Positions 10,145 through 20,690 are shown, counted from the stretch's first letter. The stretch: 64,000 nt of DNA from an uncultured delta proteobacterium (GCA_963745835.1 CAVUZH010000024.1:256001-320000); one strand, 5' to 3'. Translations and numbers: made by a program. The notes: a model not told the origin generated them from the sequence alone.

Positions 10145-11131
10145 ATGAAAAATCTTTTTTCAATATTTTTAATCCTGGCTAGTGCGGTTCTGACCGATCC
10201 GTCAAACTCGCACGCTCAGTCAAAGCCGCTCAAAGAGGTTCGCGTGCCCTACGCTCTCGGCGGGTCCACCGGATTCTTCTGGGTGGCGCAGCGCTCCGGC
10301 TCCTTTGAAAAATACGGCCTGAAGGTTCTGCCCATTTTCATGCGCGGCGGACGCGAGGCGGTGCAGGCGCTGATCTCTCGCGATGTTACGATGCTCCAGC
10401 AAGGGAGTTCCGGAGTGATCCTTGCGTGGGCACAGGGCGCCAAAGACCTCGTCGTTATAGGCGCCACTGGCAACAAACTGGACTACATTTTGGTGAGCAG
10501 CCCGGCCATCAAAAAGCCCGCCGATCTGAAAGGAAAGAAAATCGCCATCAGCCAGTTGGGCGCGAGCACCGATTTCATCGCTCGTCACGCCGTGCGCCAG
10601 CTCGGGTTGAATGAGAAGGACGTCACGCTCCTCAGCATCGGCGCCCAAGGGGAAAGGTGGGCGGCGTTAGCAGGCGGCCACGTTGACGCTTCGGTTTTTC
10701 AACCGCCGATCACCTTGCGCGCGCGCAAGGCAGGCTTGCCGATCTGGGTAGACTTTTCCAAGAGTGACTACGAATTCGTTGTCGCCGGTCCGGTCACCAC
10801 GCGCTCGTTCATCAAAACGGATCGCGAGACGGTGATGAATTTCATGCGAGGTTTGGCGGATGGTATGGAGTTCTACCGCGACGAGAAGAACAAGGACGCT
10901 GTCATCAAATACCTCGGTGAATTTTACAAATCGACCAACACCGAAGAACTGGAAGAGACCCGGCAGGTCTATCGGCAAGTCACCCCGGGTCTGCCGATCG
11001 TTACCTTGAAATCGATGGAAAACATGATCGCCAGCGATCGCATGTTATCGACCATGAACATCAATGGCGCCGATGTGATGGATCTGTCTTTCTTGAGACA
11101 GCTGGAAGAGGAACGGAAAATCAAAAAATAA
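10145..11131 (+). CDS. Substrate-binding protein, NMT1/THI5-SsuA family
   Basis: GGAGGA RBS, signal peptide, DLKGKKIAISQLGAST. Confidence 0.9.
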   Translation: MKNLFSIFLILASAVLTDPSNSHAQSKPLKEVRVPYALGGSTGFFWVAQRSGSFEKYGLKVLPIFMRGGREAVQALISRDVTMLQQGSSGVILAWAQGAKDLVVIGATGNKLDYILVSSPAIKKPADLKGKKIAISQLGASTDFIARHAVRQLGLNEKDVTLLSIGAQGERWAALAGGHVDASVFQPPITLRARKAGLPIWVDFSKSDYEFVVAGPVTTRSFIKTDRETVMNFMRGLADGMEFYRDEKNKDAVIKYLGEFYKSTNTEELEETRQVYRQVTPGLPIVTLKSMENMIASDRMLSTMNINGADVMDLSFLRQLEEERKIKK

Positions 11132-11212
11132 GTTCCAACGGTTCCAGCAGTTCCAATAGTTCCAGGCGGTTTGCCGGCTCGGAACAATTGGAACGATTGG
11201 AACAACTGGAAC
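11132..11212. repeat. Palindromic array of 9-nt units (4x GTTCCAnnn / 4x GGAACnnnn)
   Basis: GTTCCA at 11132/41/50/59 and GGAAC at 11181/90/99/11208; ends at the AAGGAG RBS. Confidence 0.85.
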
Positions 11213-11224
11213 GAAGGAGCGTTG

Positions 11225-12106
11225 ATGCCCGACTATAAAGAAATACTTTACGAGAAACGCCGTGGCGGCGCTCTGATCACGCTCAACCGGCCGGAGGCGA
11301 TGAACGCGATCAGCCGCAGCATGATCAAGGAAATCCATCAAGCGCTCGACGACGTCGAAGAAGACAAGGAGATTCGCGCCGTTGTTCTGACCGGAGCCGG
11401 ACGGGCTTTTTCCGCCGGCATGGACCAGGGAAATCGAGCCGGCCGTCGCCGCGATATTCACTGGCCCTATGGCATTCTGACCGGGCAAAGCGCCGCCGAA
11501 GTCATCGATTCCTGGCGTGTCGACCCGCGCAACTTTCGCCGCATGTGGGAATTCGGCAAACCGATCATCGGGGCGATCAACGGTTGGGCCATGGGCGCAG
11601 GCTCATGGTTATCGCTGTTTACACACATTACGATCGCGGCGGAGAATGCCGTTTTCGCCCAACCAGAGGTGCGCCACGGGTCGAACACCAGCTTTATGTG
11701 GACGCTGCTAGGCGGCTATAAAAATGCGCTGCGCTACGGATTGACCGGCGATCATATCGACGCGCAGGAGGCCCTGCGCATCGGCCTTGTCGTCAAAGTC
11801 GTGCCGCCCGAAAAATTGCTCGACGAATGTTTCAATCTGGTCGAGCGCATTGCTCACGTGCCGCCGGAAACCGTCAAGATCAATCTCCAGGTTGCCACCA
11901 TGGGGCTGGACATGATGGGACTTCGCGACGCGTTGACATTTGACAGCCAGATGTCGGCGCCCGCGCATATCATGCTGCGCGAGGAGTTACGCAAGCCGCT
12001 TGATGAAACACGGACGAACCAAGGGATCCGGGAGTATTTGCAGATGCGCGATGGGCCGTTCCAACCGGAACCGTTTGGACCCAAGTCGAAGAAAAAGCCG
12101 GAGTAA
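11225..12106 (+). CDS. Crotonase family protein 2
   Basis: MPDYKEILY start as in protein 1; AFSAGMD, GAGSWL, QPEVRHG, RDGPFQPEPFGP. Confidence 0.92.
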   Translation: MPDYKEILYEKRRGGALITLNRPEAMNAISRSMIKEIHQALDDVEEDKEIRAVVLTGAGRAFSAGMDQGNRAGRRRDIHWPYGILTGQSAAEVIDSWRVDPRNFRRMWEFGKPIIGAINGWAMGAGSWLSLFTHITIAAENAVFAQPEVRHGSNTSFMWTLLGGYKNALRYGLTGDHIDAQEALRIGLVVKVVPPEKLLDECFNLVERIAHVPPETVKINLQVATMGLDMMGLRDALTFDSQMSAPAHIMLREELRKPLDETRTNQGIREYLQMRDGPFQPEPFGPKSKKKPE

Positions 12107-12160
12107 TGGAGTATCGCAGTGATGGGCGCCAGCCTCTCACCCAGTATTCCAGTACTCTAA
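12100..12160. repeat. 8-nt periodic GGAGTAAT-type inverted repeat (degenerate)
   Basis: GGAGTAATGGAGTATC...CCAGTATTCCAGTACTC. Confidence 0.65.
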
Positions 12161-12182
12161 TCTCAAATCAGAGGAGCGACCG

Positions 12183-13061
12183 ATGAGTAATTACAAGAAC
12201 ATTCTTTATCAGAAGCAGCGCAAAGGTGTCCTGATCACGCTTGACCGCCCCAACGCTCTGAACGCGATGAATGAAGAATTGATGAACGAGCTCGATCAGG
12301 GATTGTCCGAAGCTGAGACCGATGCAGAGATCAGAGCGGTGGTCATCACCGGCGCGGACGGCGCGTTTTCGGTGGGCGAGGATATCAGCGGCGACGATCC
12401 GGAAACGGCCTGGCCTTATGGAATACCGGTCGGAACCTCGCTGAATGCAACGTACAACAAACTTCGTGATGCGGATCGGAAAGATATTTTGGGCCGGCAG
12501 CTTTACCGCTGGCAATATCCCAAGCCGATTATCGGCGCAGTGAGCGGCTGGTGCCTAGGCGCCGGCTCTTGGCTGGCGCTAACGTGCCATATCACGATTG
12601 CCGCTGACGACGCGGTGTTCGGCCAGCCGCAGGTAAGGCACGGCGCTAATACCGATTTTATTTGGGTCGCGCTTGCCGGATTCAAGAATGCTCTGCGCTA
12701 TTCACTGACCGGTGATCATGTCGATGCCAAAGAGGCCTTGCGCATCGGTTTAGTCAATCAGGTGGTAGCCAAAGATCAGCTGCTGGAGACTTGTTTTCAA
12801 TTTGTCGAACGCGTCGCCCACGTGCCGCCGGAGACCGTCAAAATCAATCTGCACATTTCAACCTTAGGCATGGAGATGATGGGCTTGCGCAAAGCCTGGA
12901 CGCTCAATGCCGAGCTCGCCGCGATGGCGCGCCTGACCAAACGGGAGGAATTCAACAAGCGGCTCGAAGACGCAAAGAAAAAAGGCGGACTCGCAGCCTT
13001 CTTGCAGGAACGTGACGCGCCGTTTCAGCCGGAGCCGTTTGGCCCTCACGCCAAGAAGTAA
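12183..13061 (+). CDS. Crotonase family protein 3
   Basis: AFSVGED, GAGSWLAL, QPQVRHG, RDAPFQPEPFGP. Confidence 0.92.
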   Translation: MSNYKNILYQKQRKGVLITLDRPNALNAMNEELMNELDQGLSEAETDAEIRAVVITGADGAFSVGEDISGDDPETAWPYGIPVGTSLNATYNKLRDADRKDILGRQLYRWQYPKPIIGAVSGWCLGAGSWLALTCHITIAADDAVFGQPQVRHGANTDFIWVALAGFKNALRYSLTGDHVDAKEALRIGLVNQVVAKDQLLETCFQFVERVAHVPPETVKINLHISTLGMEMMGLRKAWTLNAELAAMARLTKREEFNKRLEDAKKKGGLAAFLQERDAPFQPEPFGPHAKK

Positions 13062-13513
13062 GCGCTACGCCATCGTGTATGGTAAGCCCGATTGCAACTG
13101 CGCGGTAGTGGGCTAATATAGAAGCCCGTGTAGTAAATAGCCGATGTGAATACCGACGTACAAAATGCCGCCACAAGCAGCGACATCGATGAAGGCGTCG
13201 AGTAGACGTCTCAGAAACTTCATTCGATCCTACTCAGATTGAAGGGCCGTTGTACGTGCAGAGCAGCGGCAACATGGACGGAGCCGAGCCTGACGTCGCG
13301 GATACAAGCTGCTACTACTTTACCTCTGGCGGGCAGAGCGCGTTGCATGAAGCCTCCCGGTGCTGAATTGCGCAATGTATATCGGCACTGTTGATGGCAA
13401 GTCAAGGCTGCGCGCGCCCTCTGCCTGCTGTTCCTTCTTCGCCGGCAGCATTCTTGATAGTCCGCCGATTAGGTTGGTTATCGCTTACCTCTAAATTCTG
13501 CTGAACATGGTTT

Positions 13514-14557
13514 TCACTTCTTCGAAATCGACCGGGTTAGTTGCAGCCACTTATCTTCGGCATTCTCATACTCGGCGCTGCTCATGCCGCGTTCGGGATA
13601 TTCTCTTTTAAACGGATATTCTTTCCAGGCCACGCCATAGCGAAACTGCTCCATCAGTTTCTGCCCCTCAGCACCGATAATAAAATCAGTGAAAAGCAGC
13701 GCGGCGTGCGGATGCGGGGCGTTGGCGACGATAGCCGAGCCGCCGGCATTGGTCGGCACGCCATCGAGCGGAACCCAATCGACGGGCGCCTTCTTTTCTT
13801 TTTTGACCGTCACTTGGTTCTGAAACACGACAAACGATCCGGCCACTTCTCCGGCCGCGATTAGATCGAGAAACCCGGCGCTTGAAGCCTTGAACAATCT
13901 GATTTCCTGCGCTCTCAGACGTTTCACGAATTCTTCGCCCTTGTACTTGATCAAGGTGCCGACAACGCGGCTGGTCGAGCTTTCGGTCGTTACCGCGAGT
14001 TTTCCTTTGAGTTCCGGTCTTAGCAGATCTTGGAAATTTTTTGGTATTTCCGCCGGCGCAATCTGCCGAGTGTTGTAGCCGAATCCGAGGTAGGCTTCGC
14101 GGTCCGTGACCCAGTAGATGCGCGCCCCGTCAGCTTTGGTCTTTGCCTCATCGGGGTAACGCGACAGCTCGGGAGATGTGTAAGCTTTGAGAAGCCCCCT
14201 CTCGCGAAGCAACATCAAAAGACCTGGAGTGCTTTCCAACGCGTCGGCGACGTAGCGACCGGCTTGTGCTTCGTTGAGCAAGCGCGGCCCGAGGTCCGTA
14301 CTGCCGGCGCGATAAACTTCAACGGCAATATCGGGATACTTTCTTTTGAAAGCGTCTACCAATTCCCGGTAAACACCGGACAAAGAGGTGTACCAGACGA
14401 CCTTACCCTCAGCTTTAGCGCCGTCGAGAAGAATCTGGTGGCGATCCGCGCCGGCGTAGGCGACCAGCTCGTCCAATGTCCTCGGTTTCTTGGTTTGTCC
14501 CCAACCGAAAGAACTCATCGTCGCAAGAATCAACAAAGCAAGACTCAAGACTTTCAT
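13514..14557 (-). CDS. Extracellular solute-binding protein (Fe3+/thiamine/polyamine-type)
   Basis: GAGGAGG RBS, MKVLSLAL signal; GAKAEGKVVWYTS, YNT...P....DLL.P..KGK, APHPHAALLFTDF. Confidence 0.88.
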   Translation of the reverse strand: MKVLSLALLILATMSSFGWGQTKKPRTLDELVAYAGADRHQILLDGAKAEGKVVWYTSLSGVYRELVDAFKRKYPDIAVEVYRAGSTDLGPRLLNEAQAGRYVADALESTPGLLMLLRERGLLKAYTSPELSRYPDEAKTKADGARIYWVTDREAYLGFGYNTRQIAPAEIPKNFQDLLRPELKGKLAVTTESSTSRVVGTLIKYKGEEFVKRLRAQEIRLFKASSAGFLDLIAAGEVAGSFVVFQNQVTVKKEKKAPVDWVPLDGVPTNAGGSAIVANAPHPHAALLFTDFIIGAEGQKLMEQFRYGVAWKEYPFKREYPERGMSSAEYENAEDKWLQLTRSISKK

Positions 14558-14664
14558 TTCGTTCCTCCTCGCGTTCTCTCCGGTTGCAGCATTGGCTTCT
14601 CTTGGCCGGGTTATCACGTTTGCAAGAAGTCGATCAAGCATCGAGCAAAAAAAGAATCGGCACA

Positions 14665-14694
14665 TTGACAGCCAAGACGGATTCGGACTATGAC
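14665..14694 (+). promoter_or_regulatory. Possible sigma70 promoter
   Basis: TTGACA-N18-TATGAC upstream of the TPP enzyme. Confidence 0.35.
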
Positions 14695-14759
14695 GGCGAG
14701 AGACGATTACAATAGAGGGAAGCGCGAACGGCAAGCAAAATTGCGACGGGAGACAACCT

Positions 14760-16423
14760 ATGCTCGGCGGTCATGCGGTAGCTCAATGTTTGCGTAACGA
14801 AGGCGTGAAGCATGTTTTCAGCGTGCCCGGCGAAAGTTACATCGCCGTGGTCGATGGGCTGGTGAACTTTCCCGAGATCAAGCTCATCACCAATCGCCAG
14901 GAAGGCTGCGCCGCATTTATGGCCGAAGGCTATGCCAAAGCCACGCGCACGCCGGGCGTTTGCATCGTCACCCGCGGCCCAGGCGCGACCAACGCGAGCA
15001 TCGCCGTCCACAGCGCCAAATACGATTCCGCTCCGCTCGTGCTCTTGGTCGGACAAGTCGGCCGGGCCGCGCGCGGACGAGAAGCGGGCCAAGAGATCGA
15101 CTACGGTCAATTCTTCGGCAGCATCGCCAAGTGGGTGATCGAGATCAACGATCCGAAACAGATTCCACGGATGATGGGCCGCGCCTTTCACCTCGCGCGC
15201 ACCGGCCGGCCGGGCCCGGTGGTGGTGGCACTGCCGCGCGATGTGATCGAGGAAAACGCTGAGATCACGATGATGGATCCGTTTCCCGCGATCCAACCCA
15301 ATGCCGGCCGGGCGCGCCATCGAAACCCTGGTCGGGCGCATCAACGCGGCGCGCAAACCGGTGCTCTTGCCGGTTCAGGAACTCAGTATAGCCGCGCCTG
15401 GCAAGAGCTGATCGACTTTGCCGAAAAATTTCAGCTGCCGGTCCTCACCTCGTACAAACGCCAGGATGCATTTCCCAACAGTCATCCTAATTATGCCGGT
15501 AATCTGTTGACGTCGAATAAGAACACGCGCAAAACCTCGCCTACGAGGAAAGCGACCTTTTGATCGTGCTCGGTTGCCGCCTCAACCAACAGACCACCGC
15601 CGGTTTCACTCTTCCCCGCCCGGGCCAAGCCGTTTGTCCATATCGACGCGGATGAAGGAATATCGGCCAGAACTCACGGCCGGAGGTAGGCATCGTCGCC
15701 GATGCCAAACAGCGTTCTATTGGCAGCGCTGAAACATCCGGCGCCGCGCCCCAACGAGAGCCGCGCTGCGTGGATTGCTGAGCAGCATGCGGCGCAAAAG
15801 GAGTTCTGCACTCCCGAAGAAGCGTCCGACGCCAAAGGTTTCCATGGAGCGGGTAATGAAGGATCTCAAATCTGCCATGCCCGCCGATGCGATCACAACA
15901 ACAGATGCCGGCAGCTTCGGCCAATGGCCAGCAGCGCTATCTCGAGTTCGATCATCCCGACTCTTACATCTCGCCGACTCTGGGCTGCATGGGACCGGGC
16001 GTCCCATCGGCCGTCGCCGCCAAGCTGGCGCATCCCAACCGCACGGTCATCGCCCACATCGGCGATGGCGGCTTTCTCATGACCGGCCAAGAGATGGCGA
16101 CCGCGAAACAGTTTGGCGCGCATATCATCTCCATCGTCTACAACAACGAAGGTTACAACTCGATTCGCATGCACCAGGAAGCGCAATATCCGGGCCGCCA
16201 GCATGGCATGGCGTTGGAGAACCCGGACTTCGCGCTAATGGGCGAAGTCTTACGGCGCGCTCGGATTGAAGGTCACGCGCGACGAGGAATTCTTGCCGGC
16301 ATTCAAAAAAGCTATGGCGGCCAATCGCTCTGCGTTGATCGAGGTGCAGACGGATTACGAATACGTCACGCCAACGGCGAACACTGTCGGAACTGCGCCG
16401 GCAAAACACTGCAGGGAGAGTAG
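14760..16423 (+). CDS. Thiamine-pyrophosphate-binding enzyme (acetolactate synthase-like), multiple frameshifts
   Basis: FSVPGESY, NRQEGCAAFMAEGY, TRGPGATNA, GRPGPVVVALPRDV; TPP motif GDGGFLMTGQE...YNN in ORF 15887..16423. Confidence 0.85.
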
Positions 16424-16594
16424 TTCTGAATCGACTTCGAGCGTCACGCCCTGAATGTCTTTATCGGAGTGTCTGACCATCGGAATTTAGCCTGGATTCC
16501 CGATGTCGAAACAGTGCGGCGAATGACGACTTCTAACAACCATATCAGCGATCACGAAGATCCGATCCGAAGAACCACAAAGGAGGCGAGAAAA

Positions 16595-17643
16595 ATGAAG
16601 GTCACGAAGCTTATTCATTTTGGTTCTTCTATTTCTGTCAAGCGGAGCATGGGGACAAGCCCGCAAGCCGGCATCCATCGCCGAGCTGGTAACCTACCGG
16701 GCCCCGGACCGTGAAGCGATTCTCTATGCGGGAGCGAAGAGCGAAGGAAAAATAATCTGGTACACCTCTCTCGCCGGCGATTCCTACAAAGAGCTGGTTA
16801 GAGCGTTCGAGGCCAAGTATCCCGGCATCAAGGTGGACTCTTATCGCGCCGCAGGGAGCCGACTTGGTCGTGCGCTTGCAGGAAGAGGCCAGAGCGCGGC
16901 GCAACATCGCAGACACGATAGAGACCACCGAAGGAAGCCTCATATTCCTGCGCGACGAAAAATTACTCCGTCCCTACGACTCACCCTATCTGGATAACTA
17001 TCCCGAAGACGGCAAGGAACGCGCGGATAAGAATCTTGTCTATTGGGCGCTCGCGCGCGAATCGTATATTGGATTTACCTATAACAAAACGCTAGTGCCA
17101 AAAGACGCCGTGCCGAAGAACTTCGAGGGTCTCTTCCATCCGCAGCTCAAAGGCAAGATGGGTATCAGCATTGGCCAGACCAGCGACAAGATCATCGGCG
17201 CCATGATCAAATCTAAAGGCGAAGAAATGGTGCGGAAGCTCAAAGGTCAGGAGATCAAACTCTACTCCATCGATGCCCCCGCGCTTGTCCATACCATCAC
17301 AGCCGGCGAGATCGCCGCATCACCGGCGATATTTCAGACCCACACCCTATCGGCGGCCTCTAAAGGAGCGCCGGTGGAGTGGGTACCGATGGATTTGGTT
17401 CCTACCAATGTCGGCAGCGCCGCGATTGCCGCCAATCCGCCGCATCCTCATGCCGCGCTGCTGATGGCGGATTTTCTGTTAAGCCCTGCGGGCCAGCAAG
17501 TCTTGGAAAAATATTATTACGGCAGCGGCGCCAAAGACTATGGATTTAAAAAATGGCGCCCGGAGCATGGGCTGACTACGGAGCAGTACGAAAAGGATCT
17601 GGAGCGGTGGGACAAACTTTTGAACGCGATCACACGCAAGTGA
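16595..17643 (+). CDS. Extracellular solute-binding protein (paralog of 13514..14557), frameshifted
   Basis: GGAGG RBS, ATG 16595; GAKSEGKIIWYTS (16620..16997) joins ...PPHPHAALLMADF (16864..17643). Confidence 0.85.
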
Positions 17644-17666
17644 GCGATGCAGAACAACTGAATCTA

Positions 17667-17947
17667 ACCACGAAGTGTGTCATGAGCTTAGCCCCGCCCA
17701 CAGAGAATCAAAATGGAGTACGTCTTGTACGAGAACCACGGTCCTTCAAGCCGCTAATTCTCGGGCGAGTCTGTCATTCCCGCATGCTTCTAGCGGGAAT
17801 CCAGGCGGAATTCGGACTGGACCCCCGATTAAAACATTCGGGGGTGACGATCCTGGGGAGTCGCATCTCTTCACCTCAGCCGCAATTTTCGAAGGAGGTC
17901 ACGAGGTTTAAGAATTCGAATATTCGAACCTCTGTGGACTTCGTGGT
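17667..17947. repeat. Nested palindromic repeat composite (REP/MITE-like)
   Basis: Outer IR ACCACGAAG (17667)/CTTCGTGGT (17947); inner GTCATTCCCGC..GCGGGAATCCAG..CTGGACCCCCGA..TCGGGGGTGAC (17773-17848). Confidence 0.7.
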
Positions 17948-18038
17948 GAACGCTTTTTCTACTTGAATCCGGGTATGCGGGCGAGGTTTTCTTCAGAGAT
18001 ATTCTGCCAATGAGACACGATTTTTACGGAGGCATCAA

Positions 18039-19124
18039 ATGAACGGTCTACGAATTATTGACGCCGACGGACATGTGCAGGAACGGGATGCTGATTGGCA
18101 GGAACTATTGGACCCGCCCTATAGAAAGCATGCGCCAAAGATGGTCACCGGACCTGACGGCAAGGAACAACTGCTCCTCGAAGGAAAAATTTGGGCGAAG
18201 CCTTCTGGAGTGGGACTAGGCATCGGCACGGCGCCATATAGTCGCAGGCCGCAGAAAACCACCGGGATGTTCGACCCGGTCCGGCGTCTGCAGGATATGG
18301 ATCTCGAAGGCATCGACACGGCGGTTAATTTCGGCACGACGGTTTTTCTAAGCTTACCCTTTCTCGAAGATCACGATCTGGCCTGCGCGGTCGCCCACGG
18401 CTATAACACCTGGCTCGACCGCTACTGCAAAACCAGCCCGCAACGATTGAAAGGCATCGCCTTGGTGGCAATGCAGGAGCCGAAGGAAGCGGTGAAGGAG
18501 CTGGAACGCTGTGTAAAACAGCTGGGCTTCGTCGGCGTCGCCACTTCAGCGCACTCAGCGGGACGCAATTTGGATCATCCCGACTTCTATCCATTCTACG
18601 CCAAGGCGCAGGAACTCGGCGTCCCGGTATGCGTGCATGTCGGTTCCGGCAGGCCGGCGGCCGCCGCCGAGCGCTTCAACAATGCCTTCTTCGTGCATGC
18701 AACGACGCATGCCTTCGAGCAAATGATCGGCGTCATGTGCATCGTCGGCGGCGGGATACTGGAGCTCTATCCCAAACTGAAAGTAGCCTTTCTTGAAGCG
18801 GGCGCCGGTTGGGTACCGTACTGGATGGAGCGTCTGGACGAACACTACGAGTATCTCCAGCCGACCGTGCCGCTGATGAAAAGGCCGCCAAGCGAATACA
18901 TGCGCAGCGAGCAGGTCTATTATTCATTCGAGCCCGACGAGCACACTTTGAACTTCGTCATGAACTATGTCGGTGAAGATCGCCTGGTCTTTGCCTCCGA
19001 CTATAATCACGGCGACAGCAAATTTCCCCAGACCGTCGCATCCGTGACCGAGCGCAAGGATCTGAGCACGGGTCAATTACGCAAATTGATGCACGACAAC
19101 GCGGCGCGCCTATACAACATCTGA
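18039..19124 (+). CDS. Amidohydrolase_2 family metal-dependent hydrolase
   Basis: IIDADGHV, DMDLEGID, PVCVH, FLEAGAGW, FASDYNH, DNAARLY. Confidence 0.92.
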   Translation: MNGLRIIDADGHVQERDADWQELLDPPYRKHAPKMVTGPDGKEQLLLEGKIWAKPSGVGLGIGTAPYSRRPQKTTGMFDPVRRLQDMDLEGIDTAVNFGTTVFLSLPFLEDHDLACAVAHGYNTWLDRYCKTSPQRLKGIALVAMQEPKEAVKELERCVKQLGFVGVATSAHSAGRNLDHPDFYPFYAKAQELGVPVCVHVGSGRPAAAAERFNNAFFVHATTHAFEQMIGVMCIVGGGILELYPKLKVAFLEAGAGWVPYWMERLDEHYEYLQPTVPLMKRPPSEYMRSEQVYYSFEPDEHTLNFVMNYVGEDRLVFASDYNHGDSKFPQTVASVTERKDLSTGQLRKLMHDNAARLYNI

Positions 19125-19154
19125 AAATAAAGTCAGTCAGCATGAGGCATCAGA

Positions 19155-19312
19155 CTAACATGCTGCTGAAAAGGCTCTTGCAGGCTGCTCAAAAAGATCC
19201 AGAGGCGAGGCGCGCGAAAAATCGACGAGCGGAGGCGTACAGCGGCAGTACGTTGACGCGAGGTGATTGAGCAGCAACGAAGCATATGGGTCTTTTTCAG
19301 CAAGCCTGCTAG
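19155..19312 (+). mobile_element. ~158 bp MITE-like element, copy 1
   Basis: CTAACATGCTGCTGAAAA...CAGGCTGCTCAAAAAGATCC...AACGAAGCATATGGGTCTTTTTCAGCAAGCCTGCTAG; homologous to 38272, 40272, 47639. Confidence 0.8.
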
Positions 19313-19336
19313 GCAATAAAACGAATGGAGGCGTAA

Positions 19337-20347
19337 ATGTTTCTTATGCACAGTTTGAAACTCGTCTGCCTAACAATTGCTTTGTTGCTGCTATCGCCGT
19401 CTGTATCGCCGGCGCAAGAAAAAGGCTTCAAAAAATTCCACTGGGGCGTCACATCTCTGTCCGCTTCCCAGTGGATCCCGTGGATCGCGAAGGAAGCGAA
19501 GTTATACGAAAAATATGGAATGGAAGCCGAGCTGGTGTTATTGCGTGGCTCGGGTCAGTCCGCCCAGGCGATCATCGGCGGCAGCATTCTCGGCGCGCCC
19601 TGCACATTGACCACGGTCATGGGCGCCAACCTGAGCGGCGCAGATCTCGTCACCGTAGCGCACACGGTAGCGGGCGTGCAAAGTAAATTGCTGGTTCGCC
19701 CGGATATCAAAAAGCCCGACGACCTGCGCGGCAAGAGAATTGCGGTTTCAGGATTTGGCTCGCTGGGAGATTTCCTCGAGCGTTACATCATCAAAAAACA
19801 CGGCATGGACCCGGTCAAAGACGTGATTCTTCTCTCGATCGGCAACCAACCCGATCGGATTCAAGCTTTATATAACGGCGTGGTCGACGCGGCCGACCTT
19901 TCTCATCCCGCTGATGTTCAAGCCGAGCGAAAAGGGTATCGCGTCTTGTGGGATGCCAAACAGGAGGTCAGCTATCCGTCGATGTCGATCGTCACTCGGC
20001 GCAAACATACCGTCGATGATCGCGACAGCGTCATGCGCATGGTCAAAGCCCATGTCGAAGGCATCCACCTTTTGAAGAGCAATAAAGAGTTAAGTCTCAA
20101 AGTGCTAAGTAAATACCTGAAAACCAACGATCGCGAATTGCTCGAAGGCTCGTACGAGATCTATCGGGAGTCTTTTATCTCGGTCCCCTACCCGATCACT
20201 CAAGGCTTGCAGCCGACTTATGAATACGTGGCGCAACAGCGCCCGGATGTCTGGAACCACAAGCCCGAAGCGTTTATGGATGCAAGCTTCATCGCCGAGC
20301 TGGAAAAAACCGGCTTCATAAAAAACCTGAGCGCGGGTGCTCGATAG
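19337..20347 (+). CDS. Substrate-binding protein, NMT1/THI5-SsuA family
   Basis: Signal peptide, DLRGKRIAVSGFGS, DASFIAELEKTGF. Confidence 0.9.
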   Translation: MFLMHSLKLVCLTIALLLLSPSVSPAQEKGFKKFHWGVTSLSASQWIPWIAKEAKLYEKYGMEAELVLLRGSGQSAQAIIGGSILGAPCTLTTVMGANLSGADLVTVAHTVAGVQSKLLVRPDIKKPDDLRGKRIAVSGFGSLGDFLERYIIKKHGMDPVKDVILLSIGNQPDRIQALYNGVVDAADLSHPADVQAERKGYRVLWDAKQEVSYPSMSIVTRRKHTVDDRDSVMRMVKAHVEGIHLLKSNKELSLKVLSKYLKTNDRELLEGSYEIYRESFISVPYPITQGLQPTYEYVAQQRPDVWNHKPEAFMDASFIAELEKTGFIKNLSAGAR

Positions 20348-20367
20348 ATTAAGAATCATCCCCAAGC
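20301..20367 (+). repeat. Direct repeat A, left copy (3' end of SBP gene)
   Basis: 20301-20336 identical to 22573-22608 (36 bp); similarity continues through TAGATTAAGAATCATC. Confidence 0.9.
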
Positions 20368-20417
20368 GACTGCCCGCGCCCTCTGCGGGATAGCTGGATC
20401 CAAGCTAAAGCATCGAT

Positions 20418-20690
20418 TCAGCTCGTGTGAAAAGCCCGAACTATCCAGCAGCGATAGAGGCAAGCAGAGCTAATGGGCTGTCTGATCGAAGAAGCGAAAG
20501 ATAAGGCCGCTAAGTGGATCGCGATGCGGGTAATTATCGCCGATAAAATAGCCGGCAAGTTCACTGCAACTCTGCAATCCGGTAAAGACATACTTAGATG
20601 TATTGGGAATGAAATGGGAAACTCGCTGCGAATTACTTTCACAGCGGTGCCGCGATCGTGGTAGCACGGTCAAGGATCTCCGGCGAGCGC
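20418..20690 (-). pseudogene. Possible decayed PIN/VapC toxin remnant
   Basis: Fragment IAIHLAALSFASSIRQPISSACLYR resembles the PIN C-terminal DAIHLASAL...F.C.D.RL; broken frames. Confidence 0.35.

Noticed and set aside
11132-11212. CRISPR array
   Set aside because: Units are 9 nt and inverted, with no 23-47 nt repeats, no unique spacers and no cas genes
14760-17000. Dense frameshifts as programmed frameshifting or mass pseudogenisation
   Set aside because: Single-base indels are scattered across many unrelated genes that retain catalytic motifs, often near homopolymers, with no consistent slippery site; most consistent with long-read consensus error
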